Shown one piece after another: positions 41,324-54,080 of a stretch of DNA of 64,000 nt. A program made the translations under genes and the position numbers. How positions within the stretch are numbered: position 1 is the first letter of the stretch; each line of letters begins with the position of its first letter. Origin of the DNA: Utricularia gibba (Eukaryota; Plantae; Magnoliophyta); the NCBI GenBank assembly GCA_002189035.1, contig NEEC01000016.1, positions 1,488,001 through 1,552,000 on the forward strand, written 5' to 3'. A model generated the notes under the pieces. It was not told the origin of the DNA. It was given only the letters and a program-made list of their open reading frames with translations, and searched no databases.

Positions 41324-42597
41324 TGTTAAGTGTCATTTTCTAGTTATTTATTTGATATTATTATGTGTTAATTATGTAGTAAATCATCCAATTAAGAATT
41401 ATATTGATAAGTAATTGAATTTCCTTTGAAAAATCCCATTTTCCTATTTTGTATATATTTTGTGTGTTTTTTCGATTTCTTTGACCAAGACATGTCAAGA
41501 GACTATCGTGGAGTGTTGCAGGAGTATTGTAGGAGGTCAAGCTCTGACTTTTCATGCGTTCTACATGACTTGGAACGATTGTGGGTGGAAGACTGATACT
41601 GGTCAAGGCTCTTGACTTACGGCATGTCAAAATCTACAGCAATGATTGGGCACTAACTTGCACGCAAAGGAAAGCTGCTGGTGCACGTACGACAGAAGGA
41701 ATGATGGGAAGAGGACCCAAAGGAGTTAATGCACGTGGAGAGTGATATAAAAGCGAGTTGGAACACTTAGTTTCGAACTTTTGAACCTTTGTTTCTAGAT
41801 TTAGAATTTTCAGGTTCTTCCTCCTCTCCAAGGAGTAAAAATACTTTGTTTTCAATTTTGTTTTTTTTTCATGGTCCTTTTGGGCTAAAACCCATTAGTT
41901 TCTAGGAGAAGATGAAGTTTCCTTGCAAGTCCGGAGTAATACACTCGGTACTTCGTTGAATTCACTTCGGATTTTGCATACTTCCACGCTTCTTATTGTA
42001 GTCTTTCTGTAATGACTCCTAGTCAAGGTTCATGAGTAGCAGACCACTACTCATGAATTTTTGTGAAGATTAAGGTGAAAAGCACCAACTCCAACCCTAT
42101 ATGTAACGGATTGTTCGTGGCCTAGGTACCGCGACAATGGATAGGTTGTGACCTCGAACCTGCCACTGGCCATTGTCAACAGCTAGGCACACGCATGCAG
42201 TTTGGTTGTGAAGGCAATTGAAGGCAATCGTCTTGTCTTCCTAATCGTTCGAGGGGGAATCACATGAGGCTATTCCCTTGTCTCCTTGTCAATCAGAATG
42301 TAAGGGAAAGTAGGCTATTCCTTGCTCCTATAACCAGCTATTCAAAAGAAATCGGTGAAAACCAAAGCAAGGATGGACAAAGGAAAGAAACGGAATCTCA
42401 TTCCCAGGAATTGCGTCCCGTAGTTAAGGCCCATCACTTAAGTTGTAATTTTTATTTCTACATTTCATCAACCCCCTTTTACAAAACCGTAACATTTTGT
42501 AGAAGTTCTTTACAAAACACTTTTCACGAAAACAACTCCCTGAGATCGATACTCGTACTACACTTTTTTGTGTTTTACGTTTTAAATATTTAAAATT
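41324..42597. mobile_element. LTR-like insertion (~1.27 kb) interrupting copia gag
   Basis: gag frame breaks at 41323 and resumes at ~42598; insert starts TGTTAAGTG. No TSD confirmed. Confidence 0.5.
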
Positions 42598-42990
42598 TGT
42601 TGAGGAAATGACATACAACAGCCCATCTGTGAAATACATTAACCGATCACGAGATTTCAAGGTTTCACCAACTAATTCAAGTTGATCATAGAGACTCTTG
42701 ACATGATTATAAAAGCTAAATATATCTTGTTTTTCTCCTTGCTTTAAATTTGCTGATGAACGTTGGAAATGAGGTTGCTAAATGTCGTTGTTTAGCGCAT
42801 TCAACGCATCAAAATAAATTTATAAACCAAGCTAATCAAGTACACAAATCATAAGAATTAATGTAGTGTGGCAACCAAGGGTTGAATCCACAGGGAATGA
42901 TTGTAATTTCCTAAAGTTTAACACATTTACTGGAAATAAGGGGGGTTTTCTGGAGTTTAGTTCTAATGCGGGTAAGATCTAAAATAACAG

Positions 42991-45900
42991 TGTTATGGAT
43001 GAAATTTTTACCCGCACTTAGTCACGTTCTTCACGGTTGGTGCGATTAGAATAAGAGTGAGCTAGGATTTTTTACATGGAAACCGCCAAAAAGCGGAAAA
43101 ACCATGGAGCTGTCGGAGCTCGCCGGAAAAGATTTCCACTAGATAGAAGGAGGGGGAGGAAGACAAGGATACAAGTCTAAGAATTCTTTTTTTTTGTGTC
43201 CCATCTGGCGTTCGTTATAATTTCTCCTATTTATAGGAGAGCTCAGTCTGATCGAATTCTAACGTCTGCAAACATCGGTTGGTTTCTACTCCTGATATAC
43301 GATCTCGCTTTTCAGATATCGACCGCCTTTTATGCTGTTATTCGGCCGCATTTCAGACTGCGTCATATGACCATACCTGTCGGATTTCTGACAGATATCG
43401 ATCTATCGTCTGGCGTTATCTCTCCAGGATCGTTTTTGGCAGCTTTTTAGGAGCCGATTGTGTCCGATTCATCCCCTACCATTCAGCCCCTTTGATTTGC
43501 CGTTATTGGCCTTTCCGGGGTAAATTGGAGAATCAGAATCACCACAATGCCGACTCCCAAGGTGCCGCCTTGTTCGCATGAACCACCAACCGCTTTGAAC
43601 CGATACATCCGCCACGCATCGGCTCATAAACACACCATGTTTTTTCCCGCTCATTCTGGGTACCTCAAACGTCACGACGCTTTGTCTCCCTAACCTTTCC
43701 TGTATAAATAAGCGCCCTTTGCGTCAGTTCTTTCCTTTGCCCTCTCTATTGCCTGCAAGAGTTTTGTGCCCTCCGTGCTCCATCACACTCGTCCGCCACT
43801 CGATCGTCGCGACATCCGTCGGAAACCACCAATTTTCCAGGTATCATTCGGTTCTTCGTCTTTTTCGTTCAGGTTTTCTAGGATTTTTGACGGGTCCCCC
43901 TTGTCTAGGGTTTTCTAGGGTTTTGGGCTTCTTTGAAAATGGGTAGGAGATCTAGTGAACTAAACATCCTCTCCCTTCAAATTCGGTACTCGATCCCTGA
44001 TGAGTACCAGCTTTCTCATGCTCGGGATACTGAAATCCCTTGGGGGGTAGGTGAGGACCCCTGCCTCCGTTCAGTCTCCCAATTCCACTTGCTTATTTCG
44101 AAAGCGGTTTACGCTTCCCTCTTCACCCTTTAATTGTTCGTTTTCTCTATACCTTTGCAATCCCGATTTGTCTTGCTCCGAATTCCATATTCTGCTTTAC
44201 TACTTTCCTTTTCTATTCGGCCGGTATGGATCCGGCTATGACTCTAGTAGACTTCTATCATCTCTTCAAGATAGCCGTTGGAAGGCCAAGTCCCCGATGG
44301 ATGGCCGATCTCACTTTCAATTCCGCCAATTCGAAGATAATCCCAACTTTATTGTTAAAGCTCCCGATACCCACCATGATTGGTGGTCTTCTTTCGATTG
44401 GATAGCTCCTCCTTTGGGTTTTCGGTGGAACTTCCCAGTCGATACTCCAACTCCTTTCCGGATCAAGATCTTTGGTGCGTATCGGTCTTCTTCCGAATCT
44501 CATGAAGCCCTTTATAGGAGGCTTAGTCGGGGCTCAATTCGGTATGAACCTCGTGCCTTGATGTTCTCGGGTGAGTCGTTAAAAAGATCAGGTATTATCG
44601 GTCGTTCTCAAGACCCCCATTGGCCCGATATCATTCCTTTCGACGGCACCGATTCGAGAAACCTTCCTCTTAGCCCCTCTTCATCCTTTCCTCTTGTCTC
44701 GGCTTCACCTCCGATCCCCCCATCTGTTCAAACCGGGGCCCCCAAGAAAAAGAAGAGGGTTAAGGCAGTTGTGCACAGACCCTCAAAGAGGCAAAGAGGT
44801 AGTCAGGTTCATCTTTCCAGAGTCTCTGAATCGGACTTTGCCTTATCGTGTTTCTATTTTTCATCTACAGCTGAAGAGATGGCTCGGAGGAGAGCCTTGG
44901 AGGATTAAGTGATGGCACGTTTCTTGGCAGAGATGCGCCAAATGCAGGAATCGGAGGCAGCTCCTTCCGCACAGGTTTGTCCGATTTCTGGTAGTCCGTT
45001 AAGTGCGCCTGAATCTGATCTTTTTAACTTTTCTTCCCAGGCTGATTCTCCCACAGCTCACTCAGATGCTGCCGGTTGCCTCCCGGAAGGTCAAATCGTT
45101 GAGGTTTCCGAAACCCGGGAATCAACTCCTTCCCCAGCGGGGAAAGGGAAAGAGAGGCTCTCGCCTTCACCGATATCTTATAATGATCCGGCTCCCGGCA
45201 TTGGGCGGACTTCGGCTGGAGCTTCTACCTCCGTCCCTCCAAATGACATAGGAGAAGCTTCCACTCCTCCGATTCAGGTAAGGGATGATTCTGCTTTCCC
45301 TCCCTCTTCCTTCCCCTCTGAGATGTGGAAGGCCTTAGAAGAGGCTACCCCCAACATTGTGGGAATTCAGCCAGAGGTTGTACTCAAAGGAATCTGGCAG
45401 GTATGCTTTCTCCCTTCTTTTTTCCTTCTTCTCTCCCTCTCGAGTAGGCAAGTATATCTGATTCCTCGTCTGCCGATTCCATCATAGGCTTTGACCTTTG
45501 GGTGGGGAATGGCCAAGGAGATGGGATGCCATTCTGAGGAAGTCTCTTGGCTCCAAGCTCAAATCATGGCTCAGGATGCCAAAATAAAGTCGTTAGAGGA
45601 AGAAGACAGCGCATTGAGATGCATACTCGGAAAGCGTACCTGCCGAGAGGAAGAGTTGCAGACCTTGGTTAGTGAAATGGGGAAAGCAATTGATGATGCC
45701 AACTCCGAGAAGGAAGGTTTCAAGGTGCAACTCGAGGAGGCTGAGGCAGAGCAGAAACAGACCAAGGACCGTGTATCGGCCCTGGAGGCAGAGCAACTCA
45801 ATCAGGAGGCATCTCGGGGGAGACTCTTGGAGGACTTCGTGAACTCGGCCTGCTTTGCCGAGTTATCGGATATCTACACTGGGGACTTAATCGGCCTTCT

Positions 45901-48820
45901 CTTGTATCGGCAGAGGCGTCAGTTCAGCCGGGAATTCGAGCTTTCAATCATGGATCCGCGCTTCGACAGTGTGAACCCCTTGACGAAGGATGAAAACATG
46001 CTTGAAGTTATCGCGGATACATTCCAAGCCCCGGAATTCGGGTTCGAAGCTGATCCGGAGCGGCTGATTGCGCTGATTCGGGCGAGGATAGGGTGAGAGA
46101 ATGACGCCAAGCTGAGGGCAAGGATGGAACGGCATACCGGTTCCTCTGCCAATCCTCCCGATAATCCCCCATCCCCTCCTATACTTTAGTAATTTTTGAC
46201 TTGATTTTTTTCCCCCTAATGAGGGGCTTTTTGGATAATTTTGGTCTCCCTGTTCGGGGTTTCCTTCTAATTTACTCTATTTTTTCCTGCATCACTTTGG
46301 GCTTTGGTGACGTCACATTTCGGGGGGAGCCCCGAGTTGGTTTGTTGTGTCTATTACGTGCTTAGACTCGGAGATTCGCCTATGCTTTTGTGATCCGGGG
46401 GTGGGTGCCTCCTCGCCAACCTTTTGGTTGGGCTTTTTGATTTTAGTTTGCCTTAGTATTTCCTTATGCGAGCTGAACCGCTGCTAGGGAAGTAGGTTGG
46501 AACCCCTCATGGGTTGAGCGACTCCCCCAATCTGAAAGGGCCCTCTTCTGGCCACACCCCATTGTTTTGAACATGGGTGGATTTGCTTTGGGTGCTCTTG
46601 CCATCTCGAGATTCCGACAATAAGGTCAATACTTAAGGGCTTCTCGGGGCTTACGCGTGCGGTTTACATAAACCGGTGCCCGAATCGTACCAGGGCTTAT
46701 TCTTGCTTATTGACGCCTGGGTTGGTGGATCACACATATATATATCGAGGGAGACTCCGAGTCGATTTGCTGTATCCCGCATGGGACTCCGATTTTGGAG
46801 ATTCGCCTGGGCTTACGTTACTTGGCCAGAGCTTTAGATCTTTGATAGTCTGCCTAGGCTTATGCGATTTGGCCAGTGCTTACAGTTTAGTTTCCCATCT
46901 CCATTTCGGAGGAATTTTTTGGCGCATGAATGTTCTGAGGAAGAGAATGCCGAATCTTGCGTAATCCCGTGATAGAGATTTGAGCCGGTTAGGCGTAGAA
47001 TTTCCTTAGGTGTGATGCGTTCCATGACCTTGGGAATTCCGCGCCATCCAATTGTTCTTCCTCCGACATGTCTAGTTTCCCGACGTGTCTCTGTGGTTGG
47101 ATGCTTCGGAGTACCAAATCTCCCTCGGAGAACTCTCTTGAGGATACCGAGTTGTTGTAGCTCTTCTCCGTTCTCCTCTGAGAAGCCCCTAGTCGGCTAT
47201 AGATGCTTTTTCGCTTCTATTCAGCTCCAATTCCAGTTTTCGGAGGTCAGTATTTTCTTCTTCATTATAATGTTCCACCCGGTAGCTCTTCAGGGTCAGT
47301 TCGATAGGGCATACGGCTTCTGAACTGTAAACCAATAAGAATGGGGACTCTTCCGTGGTGGTTCGAGGGGTAGTGCGATATGACCAAAGTACCTCATCTA
47401 GGCGATCTGCCCATGACCCCCAAAATCTTCGAGCTTAGTCTTCATACCTAATCGGAGTGTTCGGTTCGTTACCTCTGTGAGGTCGTTGCTTTGCGGGTAA
47501 TATACCGAGGTGAAGTTGTGCTTGACCGAATATTTATCCAGGAATGCATCCATTTTTCCTCCAGCGAATTGGGTTGCGTTATCAGTCATTAGCTCCTGAG
47601 GAATTCCAAACCGAACGAAGATGTTTTTCTAGAGAAATCGGATAACGGTCTCCTCCGATATTTTTGCCAAGGCTTCGGCCTCTACCCATTTGGAGAAATA
47701 TTTGACACCCACGATGACGAATCTCCTTTGACCCGAGGTGTGAGGGAAAGGCCCCATAATATCCACTCTTTCTTTTAAATCTAATTGAACATCCTGCGCC
47801 AAGCAGTTGAATCGATCGATGAATCTTCGTAAGCTCTCTTTTAGGTGATCGTACCGAATAGAATACAGTGATGCCTTTGAAGGCGGAGCTTCAATGTTAA
47901 CATCGTATCGGGTCTTTCTTGGTTGCGCCTCTTTCTCCGCAGCATCTCCTCCTCGGTCTCGGATTCAGTCTCCGTATCTGGGGGGTACTCCGGTATAAGA
48001 GGTTGTTTCTCCGCTCGTGGTGCTGTTTCGGGTGTTCTCTCCTGGGCATTGGAGTTGAGACCTGAAGATGCCCGGAAGTCATTAAGGATTTCCGTTAGCA
48101 GGGCCTTCAGTTGCTCCCTGCTAGTGATCATAAGGCCGAGGTCTCGCACGCCGGCACTTCCGTCATGAGTCGGGTCGGTGGCTATGCTGTTTTCCGCCAT
48201 GATTCGTGATTAACGAGTGGCTCTTGTGGGTTTCTCAAATGGGACTGTGGAATGTAGCCCCACGGTGGGCGCCAAAAAATGTTATGGATGAAATTGGTAT
48301 CCGGCGGGAGACCGATTTTAGGTGATAGGCGCGGTCGGGAATGCCGCACTTAGTCACGTTCTTCATGGTTGGTGCGATTAGAATAAGAGTGAGCTAGGAT
48401 TTTTTACGTGGAAACCGCCGAAAAGCGGAAAAACCATGGAGCTGCCAGAGCTTGCCAGAAAAGATTTCCACTAGATAGAAGGAGGGGGAGGAAGACGAGG
48501 ATACAAGTCTAAGAATTCTTTATTTTTTTTGTGTCCCATCTGGCGTTCGTTATAATTTCTCCTATTTATAGGAGAGCTCAGTCTGATCGAATTCTGACGT
48601 CTGCAAATATCGGTTGCTTTCTACTCCTGCTATACGATCTCGCTTTTCAGATGTCGGCCGCCTGTTATACCGTGATTCGGCCGCTTTTCAGACTGCGTCA
48701 TATGGCCATACCTGTCAGATTTTTGACAGATATCGATCTGTCGTCTGGTGTTATCCCTCCAGGATCGTTTTTGGCAGCTTTTTAGGAGCCGATTGTGTCT
48801 AACCGATTTATCCCCTACCA
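42991..48820 (-). mobile_element. Non-autonomous Tat element (Tat-2, same family as Tat-1)
   Basis: LTRs 48280-48820 and 42991-43481; perfect Lys PBS 48257-48274; exact TSD AACAG. The gag N-terminus (MAENSIATDP) is joined to an integrase remnant; PR, RT and RH are missing. Confidence 0.95.
43939..46096 (+). pseudogene. Antisense accessory gene of Tat-2 with probable introns 44799-44870 and 45401-45487
   Basis: MGRRSSELNILSLQIRYSIPDEY...; KKKKR basic patch; coiled-coil C-part; at least one stop and one frameshift. Confidence 0.75.
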
Positions 48821-50531
48821 AACAGTTATTGGGATAAACGAGTTGCAGGGATGAAAAGGGACTAAAATTAACGTGAAGGTGCAGAAAACATAAAATAAAA
48901 GTAATATTGCTGGGTTTTACATCAGGGTCTAGCTCTTGTGTTACTCAAGAGAGCCCATAGACTTAAACCTAGCTTTGGAATGCATAAAACTAGAGTAATG
49001 GTTTGTAGAAACAGAGCATGGTTCGCAAGAACAGTAAATCGTGTTAAACTTAAGGCAAAGCACGAAAAGGGTAAACAACAACATGTTCATAAGCTAAAAC
49101 AAGGTCTACAACTAGTTTCTCATTCACAACAGGGTACTGAAATACAATAGAAAGCATAAAAACGACGACAATAACAGTAGCAAGTTCACGCAGAAAAGGG
49201 AGTGCAGAAATCTATAAATAAAAGTTGCAGGATGCTTCTATGGGCTGGAGATCTGCTGGGAATCGAAGTTCTGGTCGGAATGGTGGTGTAGACACAAAGA
49301 TCTGGAGGTTGCTGGAGACTTTTGCCAGAGAAACGATGTTCTCCTCGTTCCCGCTCGCTCCTGGTCGCTGTCTGTGCACTCTGCGTGCACCATGTACTCC
49401 TCCCTTTCTCTCTCCCTTCCTTTTCCCTTTTGCAGCTCGAAAGTAAGGGCATATTGGTCTTTTCCTCAGGCTTCTAGAAGGGAGATCTCTGCTCCATATC
49501 TTATCTCTTCATAAGGGTGGCTACTTTCGGCGAAAAGTGGCTTTTGCACAACTTTACTGTCCCTTTTGACTTGTCAATGCGGAAAGTACGCTGCTACAGT
49601 ACTAGCTCTTACCTTGGTAAGACTTAGAACATAGACTGGACAAAATATTAGAGTTTTCGGCTCAATTGTTGCCAATTGAGCCTGTTTTCACAATAAACAC
49701 ATTCTAGTAGACTAAATACGCAAAAGAAGATAATTTAGCACACTGAATTCTCCCTACAAAACATACTTAAAAACATATATAAAAACATAATTAAAATGGT
49801 GTTATCACTTGCCAAAGTATGTTTTAATTGCAACATCTTTGATTCAGTTTGAACCATCTAGACATCCTGCAGAAAATTCTAGAGGTCAATGGAGACATTT
49901 ATATTCAAAACCTGCAATAATATTTCCTTAGATAATGTGGATTTAATCCACGACACAACCTGAATATCATTGGCTGCCTGTTCTTCGAACTTGGGATTGA
50001 CAACGCTAGTTTCTGTTTCTTTTTCACCAACTTTCACACTAGTGACTACATCCTTTTCCATTGCTGGAATTGAACCATCAATATATCATGCCCTTCTCTG
50101 ACTAGTCAAAAATGTCCACAATAAATTTTGCCAAATCATATAGTTAGTGGTATTTAACTTGATGGGCACAACATGGGACAACAATGCAGGAACATAAAGA
50201 TTCGTCATGATGAATATCAATAGCAAGACTACCTACAAACTGAAACTTTCCTGCAAAATACCCAACGGCTGAAACCTATCAATGGAAGCTTGAAATTGAA
50301 ACAAACAATAATGCCAATACAATAACAAAATCACGCTGCAAAATATAATCCCACTTCTGAAACCATGTTGAGATTATCAAAAGTATATGAATAAGAATAA
50401 TTGTATGAACATGAAGAGGACTATTGACGGCAAAAGACCTTGGTTTTCACTATTTCATATGTATTTATACAATTGTTTACTTTTGACCTAACTACTGTAA
50501 TTACAACAATACCCTACACTATAATCCAACA

Positions 50532-50818
50532 AGTTCTTGGGCTTGCCTTCGACATCGATGTCTGGATCATCCTGGGGGCCATGGTGGCGGCCGTCGCAGT
50601 TGCAAGGACTCCTGATACATACGCATCTGGGCGGCCTGGGATGCAAAGATGGATGGTTTCGGAATCAGACAAAATGATGGCTTTTCTGGCACAAAACTCT
50701 TACACTTAGATGGGAATTACATCAGTGCGTCGGTGTTGGAGGTCTCCGCCATCTCTTTCGCAGCAGAAAACTCAGAGGAAACTAGGAGAGCAGCCGCCAC
50801 CAAGAGAACTAGAAGGGT
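50532..50818 (-). pseudogene. 3' part of GRP-family gene D (Cys-rich peptide precursor)
   Basis: TLLVLLVAAALLVSSEFSAAKEMAETSNTDAL; predicted intron 50720-50636; exon2 PPRCVCIRSPCNCDGRHHGPQDDPDIDVEGKPKN. Stop codon split by the copia LTR; 3' UTR continues at 31691 downward. Confidence 0.72.
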
Positions 50819-53800
50819 GAGAGAATTACACAAATAGTGTTAAATAAGTAATCATATTACAAAACTACATCACTTTTCCAACCTATTACACAACTAATGT
50901 AATTTTTATTTAAAAAATATCAATAGTATCATTTTAACTCCCAAAAATTTTCTACAATTAGGTTAATTACCATAACTATCTTCAAATTACAAAGGGAAAC
51001 TACTAATGATTTTTTATGTTCCATGCATAGAACCCTAAATGCAGGATTTTGGGCAGGGGATTGGAATTTAGGGAAACGGATTAAGCTAGCATTGATTATG
51101 TTCAATCGGTTTCGGTTGGCTCTTCCATCACGACCATTTGCAAGGAGGAGAGCTACATCCACCCAATCAGAATCGATTTCCAACAGGTAAATTTGCTGCA
51201 TCTTGTCATCTTGTCTTCAAATTTATTGTGAGCCTCGTATGCTACATTTTAGTGTTTCATGTTGTTCATCATTGATGAAATTTTATAGTTGCAGGTTTTA
51301 TGAATCATGTCAACCTCCATTGGAGTGACATTATATTGAGGTGGTAAATTAATATCAATTGGTAATCATACTGTTTATGATCAAGCTCCAAATGATATTG
51401 CAATTTTTTCACGTAACACAAGTTTTGAAGGGATGTTAACTCAATTACAAGAAATTGTAGGAGCACATGATTCATTGTTGAAGATTTATGTGCAATATAT
51501 GGCGATGGATAATGCAAATCATGCCAAATCTTTCTTTCTTATTGTAGACAGCGATCTCATGCTCACTTATCCCTTTGATATGCAGCGAAATGCTAGTGGG
51601 ATCAATACGTATATTGAAGAGGTTTCATTGATAGCTAATGCAGTTATATATGTATGTGTTTATAACTATTGTAATGTCTTTTCTAATTATTGATATTACT
51701 CATATATATTCATACATTTCCACCGCAGATGAACCACTTAGAAGTGAATCAATTCATCAAGATGAGATTACAAATGCTACAACAGAAAATCAGTCATCAT
51801 GGAATCCAAGAAATTTGTTTACGTCTTCTACTCCCCCTATATTAGTAGATTCTGTTGGCATTCCCTACCATGTTGATGATTGTAATATTGAGAAGGAATT
51901 ATTTGACACATCTGATTGCTTTGACTCCAAAGAAGCTTTTCAAATGGCCGTTCAAAGGTATTGTATAGAAGTCAGTAAAAGAGCATATGTTGTGAAATAT
52001 AGTACAAAAAAGGTATGGGAGGTGCATTGCCCACAAGAAAATGGAATGCGGCCTTGCAATTGGAGAATTAGAGATATATTTAAAAAAAAATTTCAGGTTT
52101 GGAAGGTTTCTAAGTATGAAGGATGGCATAAATGCTATATTAGCAACAACTTATCTTTGGAGCATAACAATATGAGTATGAGATTTATAGCTTCTAAGAT
52201 ACTTTCTGATATTAAGAGAGATCCTGCTATCACAATTGTTGAAATTTGTCGATTGATCAAAAATCAGTTCAAGTTTGATATTAAGGTGAGTAAAGCCCGA
52301 CGAGCAGTCAATTTAGCAGTACAAGAAATATATGGCACATGGGAAACATGTATTCCTAAATTGTCATGCTTCCTTCAAGCTGTTCAAGCAACAAATCCAG
52401 GTAACATTTTTACATTACTTATTGTTACTATATTATTCCTTCAATTATTATGATATTTTATTCTTCTTAAACACTAGTTTTCATGGTTCTACCATATAGG
52501 TAATGTTGTTGAATATAGTAATATACCTTTGGAGAATGGAAATTCAATGATGTATTATGTTTTCTGGGCATTTGGACCATGTATTGATGCATATAAGCAT
52601 TGTCGACAAGTTATTATAATTGATGCGACCCATTTGCAATCAGATTATCAATGCAAACTTCTTATTGCTACTGCTCTTGATGTTGGTGGTCATATTTTGC
52701 CATTAGCTTTTGCTTTCGTAGATGAGGAATCGAAATATTCATGGCACTAATTTCTTGATCTTCTTAGCACACATATTGTTCAAAGACAGCGAAATACATG
52801 CCTCATATCTAATCGAGGCTCTGGTTTAATAGGGGCTCTACCTTACAATTCTGCATTTAATGAACCTGAAGGTTATTATCGATTTTGTATGAGACATGTG
52901 ATATTCAATTTCATGGATAAATTCAAGAATTCTCATTTGAAAAGCATGGCATGGTCAGCTGCATATGCTAAAGATATAAGCAAGTTTGGCATTATCATGG
53001 AAAATATTCGAAAAATAAATGAAGAAGCACATCAATGAACCTTTGTTCATGATGGTGGTGCAAGGTATGTTATTTTGTACCTTATTTTTAGTCATTATAA
53101 TAACTAATATCAATTATATAGGTATGGGTCTTCATCATCAAATTGGTCAGAGATTATGAATAGTATACTCAGAGGTGCTCGTCGGCTACCTCCAACAGCT
53201 ATTGCATAGGCTACGTTTTTGCGTTGTCTGGATTACTTTCAAGAACATCAAGGAGAGATAAATTGTTTGAAACAAGAACATCATCTATGGCCATAAAAAA
53301 ATTCATTTGAGATATAGTTGGTGGGACAAAAAGGCTAAAAAATATTATGTTCGTCCATACAACACAAATACTATGACAACATATGTGACTATGCTAGGTA
53401 AACCAGGTCGTGGCCCTCGGGTTTACAACGTTAGTTTGAAAAACCGTTCCTGTACATATGGTAAATGGTTAGTTTACAAGATCCCTTGTTCACACTCAAT
53501 GTAGGTACTTATTTGAAAATTATTATTAAAGATCTTCCTCTCTAATTTTAAAATATTTACTATTTTATCTCTTTTCAGGTGTGCAATTACTTTAAAATTT
53601 ATCCATGTGAATATGTGCCAGATGATTTTAGTATTGACGTATTGGAAACCACATATTCTTACTAGTTTGAGTGTCCATTAGAGGAATCATGTTGGAAAGC
53701 TCCTTTTCATCTAGCTCATAATCCCTATTTCCGTTCTCAAACAAAAGTTGGTAGAAAGAGAGCCAAATGTTATCCATGTGAAATGGATTGACAGTGTGGC

Positions 53801-54080
53801 AAGAAGTAAAGTAAAAATATTATTGATGGAATATGATTTATTTTATAGATTTTGTTTTTGCTTTTGTTTTATTGGATTGTCCTTTCTCGATTTATACAAA
53901 AGCTATTTATATCAGTTTACTTGCCATCAGACAGGCTGGATTTTTCTTTGTCGAAGCTATATTAGTGTGATTGGATTTCTGTTATGGCAAATATGAGATT
54001 GTAAATACATTAGTCTGATTGGGTGGATGTAGCTCTCCTCCTTGCAAGTAGTCGTGATGGAAGAGCCAACTGAAACCGAC
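50819..54080 (+). mobile_element. MuDR/Mutator element; outer part of one TIR relocated to 29030
   Basis: TIR 50819-51171, transposase remnants, and the inner part of the opposite TIR at 53990-54080. Confidence 0.88.
51433..53720 (+). pseudogene. mudrA: MuDR (MURA-type) transposase, multi-exon, with stops
   Basis: FDSKEAFQMAVQRYC (MuDR domain); FWAFGPCIDAYKHCRQVIIIDATHL...ILPLAFAFVDEESKYSW (MULE DDE); CTYGKWLVYKIPCSH (SWIM). Confidence 0.88.

Larger units (their letters stand above)
42754..49807 (-). mobile_element. Athila-type solo LTR (~1.2 kb net) in copia gag, split by Tat-2
   Basis: Minus strand TGATAAC (49807) ... CGTTCATCA (42754); TSD TTTGC/CTTGC. Confidence 0.82.
31697..50531 (-). 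mobile_element. Ty1/copia LTR retrotransposon with ~165-bp LTRs, carrying nested insertions
   Basis: LTRs 50366-50531 and 31697-31861 (TGTT...AACA); degenerate Met-i PBS TGGTTTCAGA 50365-50356; PPT GAGGGGTGG 31870-31862; TSD AATTC/AGTTC; gag-PR-INT-RT-RH order. Confidence 0.93.

Noticed and set aside
48257-48274. tRNA-Lys-like sequence
   Set aside because: Only the 18-nt primer binding site is present; there is no cloverleaf.
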